Source: a virus (Duplodnaviria; Caudoviricetes). Taken from it: DNA of 32,867 nucleotides. Position numbers and translations under genes: made by a program. The notes below the pieces were generated by a model. That model was not told the origin of the DNA. It saw only the letters and a program-made list of their open reading frames with translations, and did no database searches. Position 1 is the first letter of the stretch. Every line of letters starts with the position of its first letter. Of this stretch, positions 16,751 through 26,509 are shown piece by piece. The DNA lies in IMG/VR virus record IMGVR_UViG_3300020044_006781, positions 1 through 32,867 of that record; one strand, given 5' to 3'.

Positions 16751-17641
16751 ATGAATCTCACATCCGCCCGCGCTAGTTTTGGCCTCAATGCAAAGGCCAC
16801 TCCCATTAGCTCAAATGTAATTGGCACCCTTCAAATCGGGCCAACTAACGGCAGTATTGCTTTTCCAGATGCAAACGTCGCTTATTCAATGATGGCTGTC
16901 TTCGCTGGCACTGGCGACAATTTCACGATGTTTCCATCTACCGGACTAACAACGGGATCAGCCGCCTTTGTGGATGGAGTTGCGCAGGTCGAAACTGCCA
17001 CTGCAGCGGGAACCGTTACCACGGGCGGCATCGCTGAAGTTGTCGTAACGGCAGCAGGCATGGCAGGATCTCCAAAAACTTACGCTGTCGCCGTTACAAC
17101 TTCCGACACCCCTACATTGTGGGCCGCTAAGGTCCGCGCCGCTCTTAATGCCGATGCTGCTTTTACTGCTCTTTATACAGCTTCAGGTTCAGGCGCGGCA
17201 ATTGTTGCAACTCGCAAGCCTACCGCCACATTTACAGTCCCAGGCGGAACGCTTAACCTTTACGCCGCAAATGATAGCACCCTTAACATCGCCCTTGCAA
17301 CTGGCACAGCTAGCGGAATCACAACCGCCGCAATGTCGGCAAATACCACCTTTGGCGTAGTTTCTGACGGCGTGAAAATTTATGATGCCGATACGGACTT
17401 TGAAGGCATCGCGCTTGATACCATGACAACCGTCAACGGAATGTTGATTGAACATTTTGGAGGCGCTGGAAGTGCCGTTGGTGCAGTTGGAACCGGGACA
17501 GATATTTTTACAATGAAGTCTGGCGAAGTTATCCTTCGCGCAAACCTTCTTGGTATTGATACTGAAACCGCTTACACCTTCACCCCTTCCACTTGGTCTA
17601 AAACATACATGAAAATCACAGTCATCGGCAAGACCGTCTAA
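16751..17641 (+). CDS. Ala/Thr/Gly-rich virion structural protein
   Basis: 296 aa with structural-protein composition; preceded by the TTGACA-N12 motif. Confidence 0.65.
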   Translation: MNLTSARASFGLNAKATPISSNVIGTLQIGPTNGSIAFPDANVAYSMMAVFAGTGDNFTMFPSTGLTTGSAAFVDGVAQVETATAAGTVTTGGIAEVVVTAAGMAGSPKTYAVAVTTSDTPTLWAAKVRAALNADAAFTALYTASGSGAAIVATRKPTATFTVPGGTLNLYAANDSTLNIALATGTASGITTAAMSANTTFGVVSDGVKIYDADTDFEGIALDTMTTVNGMLIEHFGGAGSAVGAVGTGTDIFTMKSGEVILRANLLGIDTETAYTFTPSTWSKTYMKITVIGKTV

Positions 17642-17644
17642 GCA

Positions 17645-17962
17645 ATGCAAACAGAACGAATCAAGCGCGGTGAGGTTTTCGCACTGAGCCTTGAGTTCAA
17701 GGACGCAGACGGAGAAGTTATCGCTGTCAATGAAACATGGTCTTTCGCCTGCCGCATCTGCAAGGAATACGTCAAAGGCGAAACTGCCGCCGATGTTCCG
17801 ATTTCACTAGTCGATGGAATCCCGGTGGGGAGTTATCAGACTGACGACTTGGAAGAGGGGCTTTATTTCTACGACGTGAAGGCAACCGACCCAGACGCAA
17901 ATGATTATTGGTCATGCCCCGTTAGACTTATTATCGAACCCACAAACACACCTTACGCATGA
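17645..17962 (+). CDS. Ig-like baseplate/fibre adaptor (BppU N-terminal-like)
   Basis: IKRGEVF…GLYFYDVK pattern, coupled to the spike gene. Confidence 0.5.
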   Translation: MQTERIKRGEVFALSLEFKDADGEVIAVNETWSFACRICKEYVKGETAADVPISLVDGIPVGSYQTDDLEEGLYFYDVKATDPDANDYWSCPVRLIIEPTNTPYA

Positions 17963-19800
17963 TTAACACTATCATCATTAATCGCGGGCCGATTGGGCCA
18001 GCGGGCGAACCGGGGGATGACGCTAGCGGTGATCTAACCAGCGGCCCTGTTACATCCAGCGGCGGAGTGTCGTCAATGACAAACTCCGCGTTGAATGGAG
18101 TGATCGGCACAAATCCAGCGGCGACGAGGGCGGCACTGACACCCGAAACTGCTATTTATGCGTCGGCTTATGGAGTGGTTTATGGTGACTCGACCGAGTC
18201 CGTTGCCATTGCAAATGTTGCCGCGCTCAATACAGCCATCGCAGCGTCATCCACGCTCCAGCGTCCGCTTGTTTTGCAGGGCAATATTTATGTCAAAGGG
18301 CGGGTCAAAGTTGCAAACCCGAGCGTGACGATCTACGGCTATGGAGCAGCACTCTACCAGCAAGATACGGGATATCACGGCATCGAAATTACGGATGAAA
18401 CTGCAAGCCCTTCGAATCTCGATATTTTTGGACTAGCGATTTATGGGCAAGGAATCAGCACGCACCTAAAAGCCGGAATCTACGGCAGGAAATGGACTGG
18501 CAGCGCATGGGCATATCTCGGAAGCGATTTCACTTTTCGAGATATGGAAATCTCAGGATTTGAAACAGGGACATCGTTTGCTGAGGTGGCGATGCTGCAA
18601 CTCGATCACGTCTCATGCCGAGGGCAGAGAATCGGCCATGACTGGCATGTGGTGCAAACTGCCGTGGCTCTTTTGTGTAGGATTGTAGGAGGCGGGACCA
18701 TTGCTAATTCCACATGCTGGAAAATCGACGGCGGTTCATTTGCCACAAAAATTCTCGGTGGGGAGTTTGGTGGAAACGGTATCGAGAAATTTGCCATCGT
18801 CACAAGCGGTAAGCTATTTGTTGAATCCGCCAATATGGAGGCTTTCACGGGAAATCAGATCATTGACCTGCAAAACAACACTCAAACCAAGTGGGTTTCT
18901 TTGAAAAATAGCAGGATTGCAGTCACTCAAACCACATCTCAGGCTGTCATTTCGGCTGTCGTGAATGGAAATGTGGCGGTGCCGTTCATCGAGTGGTCTA
19001 ACAATGATTATAGCTCACTAGGTCGCCGGATCGAAATCCACGGCACGCTTGCCGGGGGCTACGGGCCAATCACATCGGGCGAGCCTGTGCAGGTGGTTTA
19101 CGCGGCGACTCAGGGAGGGACCGCCGTTGCGACTCGGATCAATTTCCCGGGAATGCGGGATTTCAGAGATACTAGCCTACCGTCATCATCGGCTTTCCCC
19201 ATAGGTGGAATCGGTCTGAAAACATCTCCGACATCCGCAGACCGTGATGATTGGATGGAGAATCCAATCATCCGCCGCCGGAACAACAGGACTGGCGTGG
19301 ATGGTTGGTCTTCCCTCAACAACGACATGCTTGCGCGGACTCTTTATGTCGGCTGGGGAGAATCTAACACTACAACGACCGAAAAAAGCGTGATTCCTTA
19401 CACATTGGAAGTCGCGCAGCTCGCCATTGGCGGAGAGAGTTTGGAGTATGTGGCTTTTGGCGAAACAGCCGCCAACGGGAACAACAAGACTTTCAAATTT
19501 TACTATGGTGACGACGCGGCCGCACGATTTACGTTTGGGCCATTCGCGGCAAATGCCGAGCCTTGGAAATTGACAGTAACAGCCATAAAATTCAACAACG
19601 GAGTCAGCTCAGGCGGGGTCAAATTGTGCGCTACCCTCGTCGGCGGTGCGACTATCGGAAACTCAGTTAAATCATCCAGTGTTTCGATCTCTCACGCATC
19701 CGCGCTTTCCACAAAAATCACCGTAACAGGTGTGGATACCAATGACATAACAATGCACGGTGGCAAGGTTACATGGTCTAGGACTACTCCCGGAATTTGA
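17959..19800 (+). CDS. Tail spike / receptor-binding protein with pectate-lyase-like beta-helix
   Basis: Short collagen-like GPIGPAGEPGDD, then AYGVVYGD…AALNTAIAA helix-cap motif and beta-helix-type repeats. Confidence 0.75.
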   Translation: MINTIIINRGPIGPAGEPGDDASGDLTSGPVTSSGGVSSMTNSALNGVIGTNPAATRAALTPETAIYASAYGVVYGDSTESVAIANVAALNTAIAASSTLQRPLVLQGNIYVKGRVKVANPSVTIYGYGAALYQQDTGYHGIEITDETASPSNLDIFGLAIYGQGISTHLKAGIYGRKWTGSAWAYLGSDFTFRDMEISGFETGTSFAEVAMLQLDHVSCRGQRIGHDWHVVQTAVALLCRIVGGGTIANSTCWKIDGGSFATKILGGEFGGNGIEKFAIVTSGKLFVESANMEAFTGNQIIDLQNNTQTKWVSLKNSRIAVTQTTSQAVISAVVNGNVAVPFIEWSNNDYSSLGRRIEIHGTLAGGYGPITSGEPVQVVYAATQGGTAVATRINFPGMRDFRDTSLPSSSAFPIGGIGLKTSPTSADRDDWMENPIIRRRNNRTGVDGWSSLNNDMLARTLYVGWGESNTTTTEKSVIPYTLEVAQLAIGGESLEYVAFGETAANGNNKTFKFYYGDDAAARFTFGPFAANAEPWKLTVTAIKFNNGVSSGGVKLCATLVGGATIGNSVKSSSVSISHASALSTKITVTGVDTNDITMHGGKVTWSRTTPGI

Positions 19801-19820
19801 TTTTATACACCCACACCCGC

Positions 19821-20126
19821 ATGATCGCCCTAATTGAAAACTTCCTCCTTGCTCTAACGGATGCACAATTCGACAAGGTGCTAGCCATGATTGAGCAGTT
19901 CTTTCGCACGATTGGCGCGTGGGTTGAAGCCGTTGCAAAAGTATTGTTGCCGCTACTTGGCGCATGGGTTGCGTGGAAATGTCAGGAAATTATCCGAAAC
20001 CAGAAATCTAACCGTCAAGCGTTGGATCAGAACACCGCTTTGACAGTTACGTCAAAAAGTAGAAGCGAAGAAAGCCTTGCAGAAATCGAAGATCTAAAAC
20101 GCCAGATCGAAGAGCTTAAAAAATGA
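19821..20126 (+). CDS. Holin-like membrane protein
   Basis: Hydrophobic AVAKVLLPLLGAWVAW plus C-terminal coiled coil; lysis module position. Confidence 0.5.
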   Translation: MIALIENFLLALTDAQFDKVLAMIEQFFRTIGAWVEAVAKVLLPLLGAWVAWKCQEIIRNQKSNRQALDQNTALTVTSKSRSEESLAEIEDLKRQIEELKK

Positions 20127-20605
20127 ACTGCCCAGAAATCAGAATTGGATGCGGTGCTATTGAAACCAATCAATGGCCACTTGTTCTTATCTCAAACTTC
20201 GAGTTTGAGTTAGATCGTGATTTCGGCGGTGTGTATGAGTTCTATTCAGGATCAAAGCTGCTAGGCATTATCACGGGGTCAAAGCTTGAGATTCTCAGGG
20301 GATACGCTGGCGATGGATACTCGCCTGTTATCAGTTTGTTTGATTGCTGGATCAGGCTAACACCTACCCCAAAATGCGGCTTTGCGCCTGCCGTGATTCA
20401 TGATTTCACACGGCAATTCCTGAATACTCCCGGTTGCCCGTGGGATCGCAAGCAGACTGATGATTGGTTCTACAACTGCTTAAGACGCGGGGGCGAACCT
20501 CGCACCGGGATTTTCCATCGTGCTGTCGCCGGCCCTCTCGGCACTGCCTACATCTGGGCAACCCGTAAAGTCGACCCTCAACTACGCATTGTAAAAATCT
20601 CATGA
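20123..20605 (+). CDS. DUF1353-like protein
   Basis: GYAGDG…APAVIHDF…RKQTDDWF pattern. Confidence 0.65.
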   Translation: MNCPEIRIGCGAIETNQWPLVLISNFEFELDRDFGGVYEFYSGSKLLGIITGSKLEILRGYAGDGYSPVISLFDCWIRLTPTPKCGFAPAVIHDFTRQFLNTPGCPWDRKQTDDWFYNCLRRGGEPRTGIFHRAVAGPLGTAYIWATRKVDPQLRIVKIS

Positions 20606-21192
20606 AAATCACCGATGATCACTGGCTTGATACAGCAATCCGTAAACCTATCTTGGGTGGATCAAGTATGCCAATCCGGCGTTTTCTTATCATCCATTTT
20701 ACGGCAGGAGCAAGCGGCGAATCATCAATTGGATATTGGCGCAAGTTAGGCGGCGGCATATGCGCCCACATCGTCATTGAGCGCGATGGCACAGTAAAGC
20801 AATGTCGCCCCTTTAACGCTACATGCGGTCACGCCGGCAAGTCACGATGGGAAAACAAAGGCCAAACATTCATCGGCTTGAACTCATGCTCCATTGGTAT
20901 TGAGCTTGCAAACGGTGGCGACTCATACCCCACGAAATTTTCAAACGGACTTGAGTCAACTAGGGCGCGTCACAAAAACGGCGGACCAGTTAGGGAATGG
21001 GAGACTTATCCTGTCGCCCAGCTAGTAGCCTGTGAGCAAGTCAGCAAGGCACTTGTAGAGCGTTACAACCTTGACGACGTGGTAGGCCATGACGACATCG
21101 CGCCTGACAGAAAATCAGACCCAGGCCCAGCCTTTCCGATGCTCGCACTCCGTGAGGCTTGCGGGTTTGTGGGGATGCCTCGGCAGTCTTGA
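20602..21192 (+). CDS. Endolysin, N-acetylmuramoyl-L-alanine amidase (Amidase_2)
   Basis: IIHFTAG, AHIVIERDG, HAGKS, SIGIEL, VGHDDIAPDRKSDPGPAF. Confidence 0.93.
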   Translation: MKITDDHWLDTAIRKPILGGSSMPIRRFLIIHFTAGASGESSIGYWRKLGGGICAHIVIERDGTVKQCRPFNATCGHAGKSRWENKGQTFIGLNSCSIGIELANGGDSYPTKFSNGLESTRARHKNGGPVREWETYPVAQLVACEQVSKALVERYNLDDVVGHDDIAPDRKSDPGPAFPMLALREACGFVGMPRQS

Positions 21193-21254
21193 TTTGGTTA
21201 CGATTTTTTCGTGTCCAAATCTCCCAAGATTGGGCAGCGTCGGGAGAATGATCG

Positions 21255-21317
21255 GGAAAAAGATTTTTTTATTTTTTAATCTTTTTATTTGACGGGCTGA
21301 GATCCATCTGATTTAGT
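21255..21317 (+). promoter_or_regulatory. Putative early sigma70 promoter
   Basis: Long A/T tract, TTGACG (21289-21294), 17 nt, TTTAGT; sits at the start of the early region. Confidence 0.55.
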
Positions 21318-21367
21318 CCTCTCAGTTGCACGACGCGACTGACCAAAACCACAAACTGACCAACCAA

Positions 21368-21553
21368 ATGACAACTACATTAGCATATTATTCCGGAAAC
21401 TTTGCACTTGGATGCGACCCGACCCCGGGCAACTGGGATGGCGACATCTTTACCGCTGCCGATGGCAGCAAGTGGACGGTTGACCCGTCCGACAGTTATC
21501 CGCACCCTTCCACGGACGGTACGTATACTCATTACCTTATTCCGGCAATTTAA
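21368..21553 (+). CDS. Small early hypothetical protein
   Basis: ATG 21368 after an ACCAACCAA leader; followed by a GC-rich hairpin at 21566-21606. Confidence 0.6.
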   Translation: MTTTLAYYSGNFALGCDPTPGNWDGDIFTAADGSKWTVDPSDSYPHPSTDGTYTHYLIPAI

Positions 21554-21614
21554 CTTTCCAAACCCTCCCGCGCTTTTCCGGTCAGTTAGGCCGGGCGGGC
21601 GCGGGATTAACTCT

Positions 21615-21755
21615 ATGAAAACGATACAAATTGCAAACGACGTGCACACCGCCATCAAAAAAACGGCAGCGGAGCAAGGCATAAAAGCCTATGAAGTAGC
21701 CGATGCCATCTTTCGCAACGCCCTAAAAAAGCCAGCCAAGAAAGCCAAGCCATGA
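21615..21755 (+). CDS. Ribbon-helix-helix DNA-binding protein
   Basis: MKTIQIANDVHTAIKKTAAEQGIKAYEVADAIFR matches the Arc/CopG strand-helix-G-helix pattern. Confidence 0.7.
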   Translation: MKTIQIANDVHTAIKKTAAEQGIKAYEVADAIFRNALKKPAKKAKP

Positions 21756-21982
21756 AACCGCGCTTTTTTAAAGACCCGTTTTCCGGCGTCACTTGGCGGG
21801 TATCCAACCACGTCGAAGTTGTGGGCGAAGTCTCCTCGCTCTTTTCGAGCCTGCAAGACCTCACCGCCGCCCTTGACGTAGTAGAGGTGGACGTGCATGG
21901 CGATTTGCTCGTCATGTCGCCACAAGACCACGCCGCGAATGATGGTGACAACCAGCGCGAGCTGAGAGAGGAGGATTCATGA
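21752..21982 (+). CDS. Hypothetical protein
   Basis: ATGA-coupled on both sides. Confidence 0.6.
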   Translation: MKPRFFKDPFSGVTWRVSNHVEVVGEVSSLFSSLQDLTAALDVVEVDVHGDLLVMSPQDHAANDGDNQRELREEDS

Positions 21983-22152
21983 GCGCAAACGCAATGATCC
22001 GCAGTTACTCCGATGAAGCTCTAAACGGTGCCATTGCTAGCCTTGAGCTATCCAGCTCATGGTGGAAGCGATTCGACCAGCTCCTGCGCGAAAAGAAACG
22101 CCGTGAGCGACTTGGGATTCGGATCCCACAGGCTGAACTATTATTTCCCTAA
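21979..22152 (+). CDS. Hypothetical protein (57 aa, MSANAMIRS…)
   Basis: ATGA overlap; open to TAA 22150-22152. Confidence 0.55.
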   Translation: MSANAMIRSYSDEALNGAIASLELSSSWWKRFDQLLREKKRRERLGIRIPQAELLFP

Positions 22153-22164
22153 CCAAAAAATAAC

Positions 22165-22434
22165 ATGACAAGAGAACACGCAAAAGAACTACTCCCTATC
22201 ATCACGGAATTTGCAAATGGTGAAACCGTGCAATATAAAATTCGATTAAATCCAGACGACAAATGGGATGATAATCCAAGCCCTAGTTTTAACGATGACG
22301 CTTTTGAATACCGCATCAAGCCGAAGCTGAGGGAGTTTTATCTTTATAAAGACAACGGCAAATTTGAAGTTTTGGATCACCCGCCGGAGTTTCAATGGGA
22401 AGAAGTGGTAAGAGTCCGCGAAATCCTAGAATAA
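22165..22434 (+). CDS. Hypothetical protein
   Basis: 89 aa with PSF…EYRIKP motif typical of small phage proteins. Confidence 0.7.
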   Translation: MTREHAKELLPIITEFANGETVQYKIRLNPDDKWDDNPSPSFNDDAFEYRIKPKLREFYLYKDNGKFEVLDHPPEFQWEEVVRVREILE

Positions 22435-22438
22435 CCCC

Positions 22439-22519
22439 ATGAAATACCTCTTGGCACTACTAACCGGAGCCGTCGCTATGATCTGGCTCATCATAATTAC
22501 TAGCTACCTACGACCATGA
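22439..22519 (+). CDS. 26 aa single-TM peptide
   Basis: MKYLLALLTGAVAMIWLIIITSYLRP; ATGA-coupled to the next gene. Confidence 0.45.
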   Translation: MKYLLALLTGAVAMIWLIIITSYLRP

Positions 22520-22641
22520 TAACCTATCTCAGGCCACCAAAAAAGGGACGCTCGCCGCTCCTATTTATCGCCATGTATTCCGCATCTGGGATCATCATGC
22601 TAGCGATCATCGCAGGCGTTTACTGCAAATTCTTTTCCTAA
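22516..22641 (+). CDS. 41 aa membrane peptide
   Basis: MITYLRPPKKGRSPLLFIAMYSASGIIMLAIIAGVYCKFFS. Confidence 0.45.
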   Translation: MITYLRPPKKGRSPLLFIAMYSASGIIMLAIIAGVYCKFFS

Positions 22642-22659
22642 ACTCCAACCAATACCAAA

Positions 22660-22956
22660 ATGAATACAATATCAAATGACCGCATGGATGCGTTTCTTGA
22701 AGCCATCCTAAGCCAAACACGCGAAGCTTTGAAAGAACGCTCTGATGATATCCTCGATGCGTGGCACGGAAACATTGAAGAGGCCATGAATAACGATGAC
22801 AAGTTTCCAGCACTCAAGCTTTCAATAGCCGCAACCGTAGATCTTGAGGGGAACAAAGTTGAAACTTCTGTCACGTTTACAACGCGATACAAGACAACAA
22901 TTTCCCAGCAACTTCCAGACCCTAACCAACCAGATCTGCCGGGTACTGGTCATTAA
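22660..22956 (+). CDS. Hypothetical protein
   Basis: 98 aa acidic ORF ending PDPNQPDLP. Confidence 0.7.
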   Translation: MNTISNDRMDAFLEAILSQTREALKERSDDILDAWHGNIEEAMNNDDKFPALKLSIAATVDLEGNKVETSVTFTTRYKTTISQQLPDPNQPDLPGTGH

Positions 22957-22997
22957 TAATTCTCCCAACCTCAACAAAACATCCAGAATCTACTAAC

Positions 22998-24071
22998 ATG
23001 AGTACACAACTAGCAGAAAGAAAGCCTCAGACCCTTAAAGGTCTAATCACAACCATGCAGCCGCAATTTCAGCTTGCGCTGCCTAAGCATCTCACAGCGG
23101 AGCGATTCACCCGAGTCGCCATCACCGCTCTTACCCGCACGCCTAAGCTTCAGGATTGCACCCCTGAGAGCTTTATGCGCTGCCTCCTTGACCTATCCGC
23201 GATGGGACTAGAGCCAGACGGCAGACGCGCTCACTTAATCCCATACGGCAAAGAGTGCACTCTTGTAGTCGATTACAAGGGCATTGTTGAGCTAGTCATG
23301 CGCTCGGGTATTGTTTCAATTATCCACGCTGACAAGGTTTGTGAAAATGACCTTTTCGACTATGACCGGGGAGAAATCAAACAGCACAAGATTAACTTCA
23401 AAAAGCCACGGGGTGAGGCATATGCTTACTATGCTCTAGTGCGATTCAAGGACGGATCGGAGAAATCCGAGGTGATGAACATGGATGACATCGAAGCCAT
23501 CCGCAACCGCTCACAAGGATACAAGTCCGCGATTCAATATAACAAATCCCACCCGTGGTTAAGTGATTTCGACGAGATGGCCAAGAAAACCGTTTTCCGC
23601 CGTTGCTCAAAATGGCTGCAACTTTCGCCAGAAATCCGAGACGCTCTTGAAAGCGATTCCGATCAGTTGGCCGATGACGCTCGCATTGCGACTGGGCGCG
23701 TCGTCACCGAAAACCCGATGAGTATAGCCAACAATCCAATGATCAACAACCCGTCAACCGCAACGTTCCCAGACCTGAGAAGGCCGATTCCCGACCTGCC
23801 AGACCCCGAACCACTACCCGACGGCGAGCCACCATTTGAATCACCCGTGGAAGTCTCAGACGCAACTGAGCGCAATCAACTCTTGGGCGAAATCCGCGAT
23901 TGGATGGCCGACATGGACATCAAGACGGCTAAGTTCGCCCCGCTATGCCGCGCTGCCGGATTGCTCGAAAGCGGCGTTCAAATCGTCGATGACACGCTGC
24001 CACTCGACAACCTGAGACTCATCAATGATAACCGGATGGCGATTCTTGAGGGGACTTATAAGGCATCCTAA
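22998..24071 (+). CDS. recT: RecT-family single-strand annealing protein
   Basis: LPKHLTAERF, GLEP…AHLIPYG, DYKGIVEL, PWLSDFDEMAKKTVFRR..KWLQLS. Confidence 0.93.
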   Translation: MSTQLAERKPQTLKGLITTMQPQFQLALPKHLTAERFTRVAITALTRTPKLQDCTPESFMRCLLDLSAMGLEPDGRRAHLIPYGKECTLVVDYKGIVELVMRSGIVSIIHADKVCENDLFDYDRGEIKQHKINFKKPRGEAYAYYALVRFKDGSEKSEVMNMDDIEAIRNRSQGYKSAIQYNKSHPWLSDFDEMAKKTVFRRCSKWLQLSPEIRDALESDSDQLADDARIATGRVVTENPMSIANNPMINNPSTATFPDLRRPIPDLPDPEPLPDGEPPFESPVEVSDATERNQLLGEIRDWMADMDIKTAKFAPLCRAAGLLESGVQIVDDTLPLDNLRLINDNRMAILEGTYKAS

Positions 24072-24112
24072 CACCTAACACTCCCGAGGTCCGATCCCTC
24101 GGATAATACAAT

Positions 24113-24964
24113 ATGAAACTCCACCATTGCACCCAAGGATCACCCGAATGGGACCGACTCCGATCTTTAAACTTCACCGCATCCGGCCTTGATTACTACG
24201 TGCTGGAACCCGTCAAGGTCACGCTGTCAGTCGATCAACTCAAGGACGAACTAGACGAGCTTGGAATCGCCCGCAAAGGCATAACCCGCAAGGATGACTT
24301 GCTAGCATTACTCCCGAACAAGGAGCAATATCTAAACCTCTGCCAAGCAGCGAGGACGGCAATCCTGAAGCAAATCAAGAGTGAGAAGATGCAGTCAATC
24401 CGTGACAACATCGCGGACACTAACGCTAGCGGAAAGCTTTACGAAGTCAGCAAACTGGAGGATATCATGCTCAGCCGCGAAGAGGAAATGATGCTCAAGG
24501 AATCCCGCTCGTTTGAGCATAACATCCCGGTAAAATATGGCAATTTGCTGGAGCCTTATGCCCGGGCTGAGTATGAAAAGCTGACGGGCTTTGACGTGCA
24601 AGAAATCGGATTTGTCGAGCATGACTCAGGCGGGTTTGGATGCTCCCCGGATGGGTTGATCTTAGATGACAATTCGCGACCAGACGCGCAATGGCAGCAC
24701 GGCCTAGAAATCAAATGCCCGCTAGTCGAGACTCACCTCGGATGGCTGCTTGATGGCGGATTGCCAGACGAACATTTCTTGCAAGTTCATGCTTCGATGG
24801 CAGTTACTGGATTGCGCCGATGGGACTTCTTCAGCTTCTGCCCAGGCGAGAAATCTCTACTGGTGACGGTCGAGTGGTCCGACGAAACAACCAAGATTGA
24901 AGAGGGATTAAAGACCCTTGTTAGGGAGAAGGAGAAGATTAAAGCACAACTTGAAAGACTATGA
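24113..24964 (+). CDS. YqaJ / lambda-exonuclease family nuclease
   Basis: QGSPEW..LR…TAS, GNLLEP.AR..YE, GCSPDG, LEIKCP, QVH..M.VTG. Confidence 0.9.
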   Translation: MKLHHCTQGSPEWDRLRSLNFTASGLDYYVLEPVKVTLSVDQLKDELDELGIARKGITRKDDLLALLPNKEQYLNLCQAARTAILKQIKSEKMQSIRDNIADTNASGKLYEVSKLEDIMLSREEEMMLKESRSFEHNIPVKYGNLLEPYARAEYEKLTGFDVQEIGFVEHDSGGFGCSPDGLILDDNSRPDAQWQHGLEIKCPLVETHLGWLLDGGLPDEHFLQVHASMAVTGLRRWDFFSFCPGEKSLLVTVEWSDETTKIEEGLKTLVREKEKIKAQLERL

Positions 24965-25287
24965 AATCAACAAAACAAGAACGGGCTGAAGCCCTCGAAA
25001 CCTGCCTTCTAATCGCTTGTAGTCACTTCAAAGCAGACCCGCGCATGGTCTATTCATCGGGACCGCTGAGGACTAATGAGGGAGTCATGGCGCGAGCCGC
25101 TGTATGGCTCCACATGAGTCAATGCGGGATGACTCCCGAGGAGATTGGCAAGATCTTCCATGGAAAGACTGCCAACATCGTCAAAGGACATCGAGGACTA
25201 GGCTTGCGATTCAGGATGACGGTCTTAGACCGTGAGATGATATCCACCATGCCGAAGATTAATGTCAGAGAGGATGTGGAGTCATGA
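24961..25287 (+). CDS. Putative HTH protein (DnaA C-terminal-like)
   Basis: AR.AVW…GMTPEEIGKIF pattern. Confidence 0.5.
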   Translation: MKSTKQERAEALETCLLIACSHFKADPRMVYSSGPLRTNEGVMARAAVWLHMSQCGMTPEEIGKIFHGKTANIVKGHRGLGLRFRMTVLDREMISTMPKINVREDVES

Positions 25288-25616
25288 CACCCCAACGCCA
25301 AAGGATTGCGATTGCGGAGTTTTGCGGGTGGGCATTCGATCACATCCAAAAGGGCGCGATGTATTACGTCCCTATAATTGATGCACATGTAGGCAATCCG
25401 GTCAATGACCGCAACGCCATGGCGGAAGCCAAGGCCAAGCTATGGGAAACTGACTGGAATGCCCGCAACGTGTTCTTATCACACCTTGCAAACATCGTCA
25501 AAGGCCGAATCGTAAATCATAATGAATGGGACGCCGAGACGTTGCTTGATGCTACGTGTCAACAGGAGGCCGAAGCATTCCTTCGCACAATTGAGAAATG
25601 GGAGGTAGATCCATGA
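25284..25616 (+). CDS. Hypothetical protein
   Basis: QRIAIAEFCGW…AEAFLRTIEKW; ATGA-coupled. Confidence 0.7.
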   Translation: MTPQRQRIAIAEFCGWAFDHIQKGAMYYVPIIDAHVGNPVNDRNAMAEAKAKLWETDWNARNVFLSHLANIVKGRIVNHNEWDAETLLDATCQQEAEAFLRTIEKWEVDP

Positions 25617-25762
25617 GCCACGAACAATGCTCATTCTGCAACCGCCCCGCGCAAACCTATCACCGCCCAAAGGCTATATTTGGAAAGGTATTGCCGCCGA
25701 TTCCAATCTGCGGGCAGGATTGCAACACATCGAAAAAACCAAAAGCTAAGAAAACGAAATGA
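25613..25762 (+). CDS. 49 aa Cys-containing peptide
   Basis: MSHEQCSFC…CGQDC; ATGA-coupled on both sides. Confidence 0.45.
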   Translation: MSHEQCSFCNRPAQTYHRPKAIFGKVLPPIPICGQDCNTSKKPKAKKTK

Positions 25763-25851
25763 ACGACACACTATTTGATATCCCAGAATCCAAGTCGCCG
25801 CGCTTGCTTTGGATGGAAAAGCATGACATCAAACTTTGGAACAAATTATGA
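25759..25851 (+). CDS. 30 aa peptide (MNDTLFDIPESKSPRLLWM…)
   Basis: ATGA-coupled on both sides. Confidence 0.4.
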   Translation: MNDTLFDIPESKSPRLLWMEKHDIKLWNKL

Positions 25852-26339
25852 TCTACATTGGCATCGACAACGGAATCTCAGGCGGCCTAGTCGCACTGTC
25901 AGACCATCCAGGTCCACCCATCGCAACGCTAGCCATGCCGTCCGCCCGCTGGCGTAGTCGTAACGAGGTTGACATCCGGCGAGTGCATATCTGGCTATCT
26001 GAGGTTTGCAATGGCAATCTATCCAATGCCATCTATGCCATCGAAGAGCCTAACAATTCCCGCAACGCTGGCACTGCTTACTCTGTCGCATCGAGCTTTC
26101 ATTCATTCCGTGGCTTTTTTGAGGCCAAGATCCTGCCATTTGAGCGCATTACCCCGCAACGCTGGCAAAAAACAATGCTGGGCAAAGTCCCGACTGGCGA
26201 GACTAAGACGGCAGCACTAGCCAAGGCTAACGAGCTATGGCCGGATGAGACTTGGCTGGCGACACCCCGAAGCAAGACCCCGCACATGGGGATTGTGGAC
26301 GCTGCTTTAATCGCGGAATACGGCAGGCGGAATTTTTAA
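25848..26339 (+). CDS. RuvC-like Holliday junction resolvase
   Basis: YIGIDNGISGG, AIEEP, ITPQRWQK, DAALIAEYG. Confidence 0.85.
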   Translation: MIYIGIDNGISGGLVALSDHPGPPIATLAMPSARWRSRNEVDIRRVHIWLSEVCNGNLSNAIYAIEEPNNSRNAGTAYSVASSFHSFRGFFEAKILPFERITPQRWQKTMLGKVPTGETKTAALAKANELWPDETWLATPRSKTPHMGIVDAALIAEYGRRNF

Positions 26340-26500
26340 TTGACGACCGCAGAATAACGAACAATCTCACCCCGTCGCAAGTGCGACTCTCGGATGATCC
26401 CCGATGAAAACAAACCAAACAAAATGCGCCCGTGCGCTTGCGAGTCCTCTGGAGATTGCCGGGGGGGATCAACTTGCGAGACACGGGCGCGCCGTTTTAA
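26340..26500 (+). promoter_or_regulatory. Promoter plus structured leader RNA upstream of the methylase
   Basis: TTGACG-N16-CAATCT, CCCGTCGCAAG, long bulged hairpin 26426-26490. Confidence 0.55.
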
Positions 26501-26509
26501 GATAAACAT

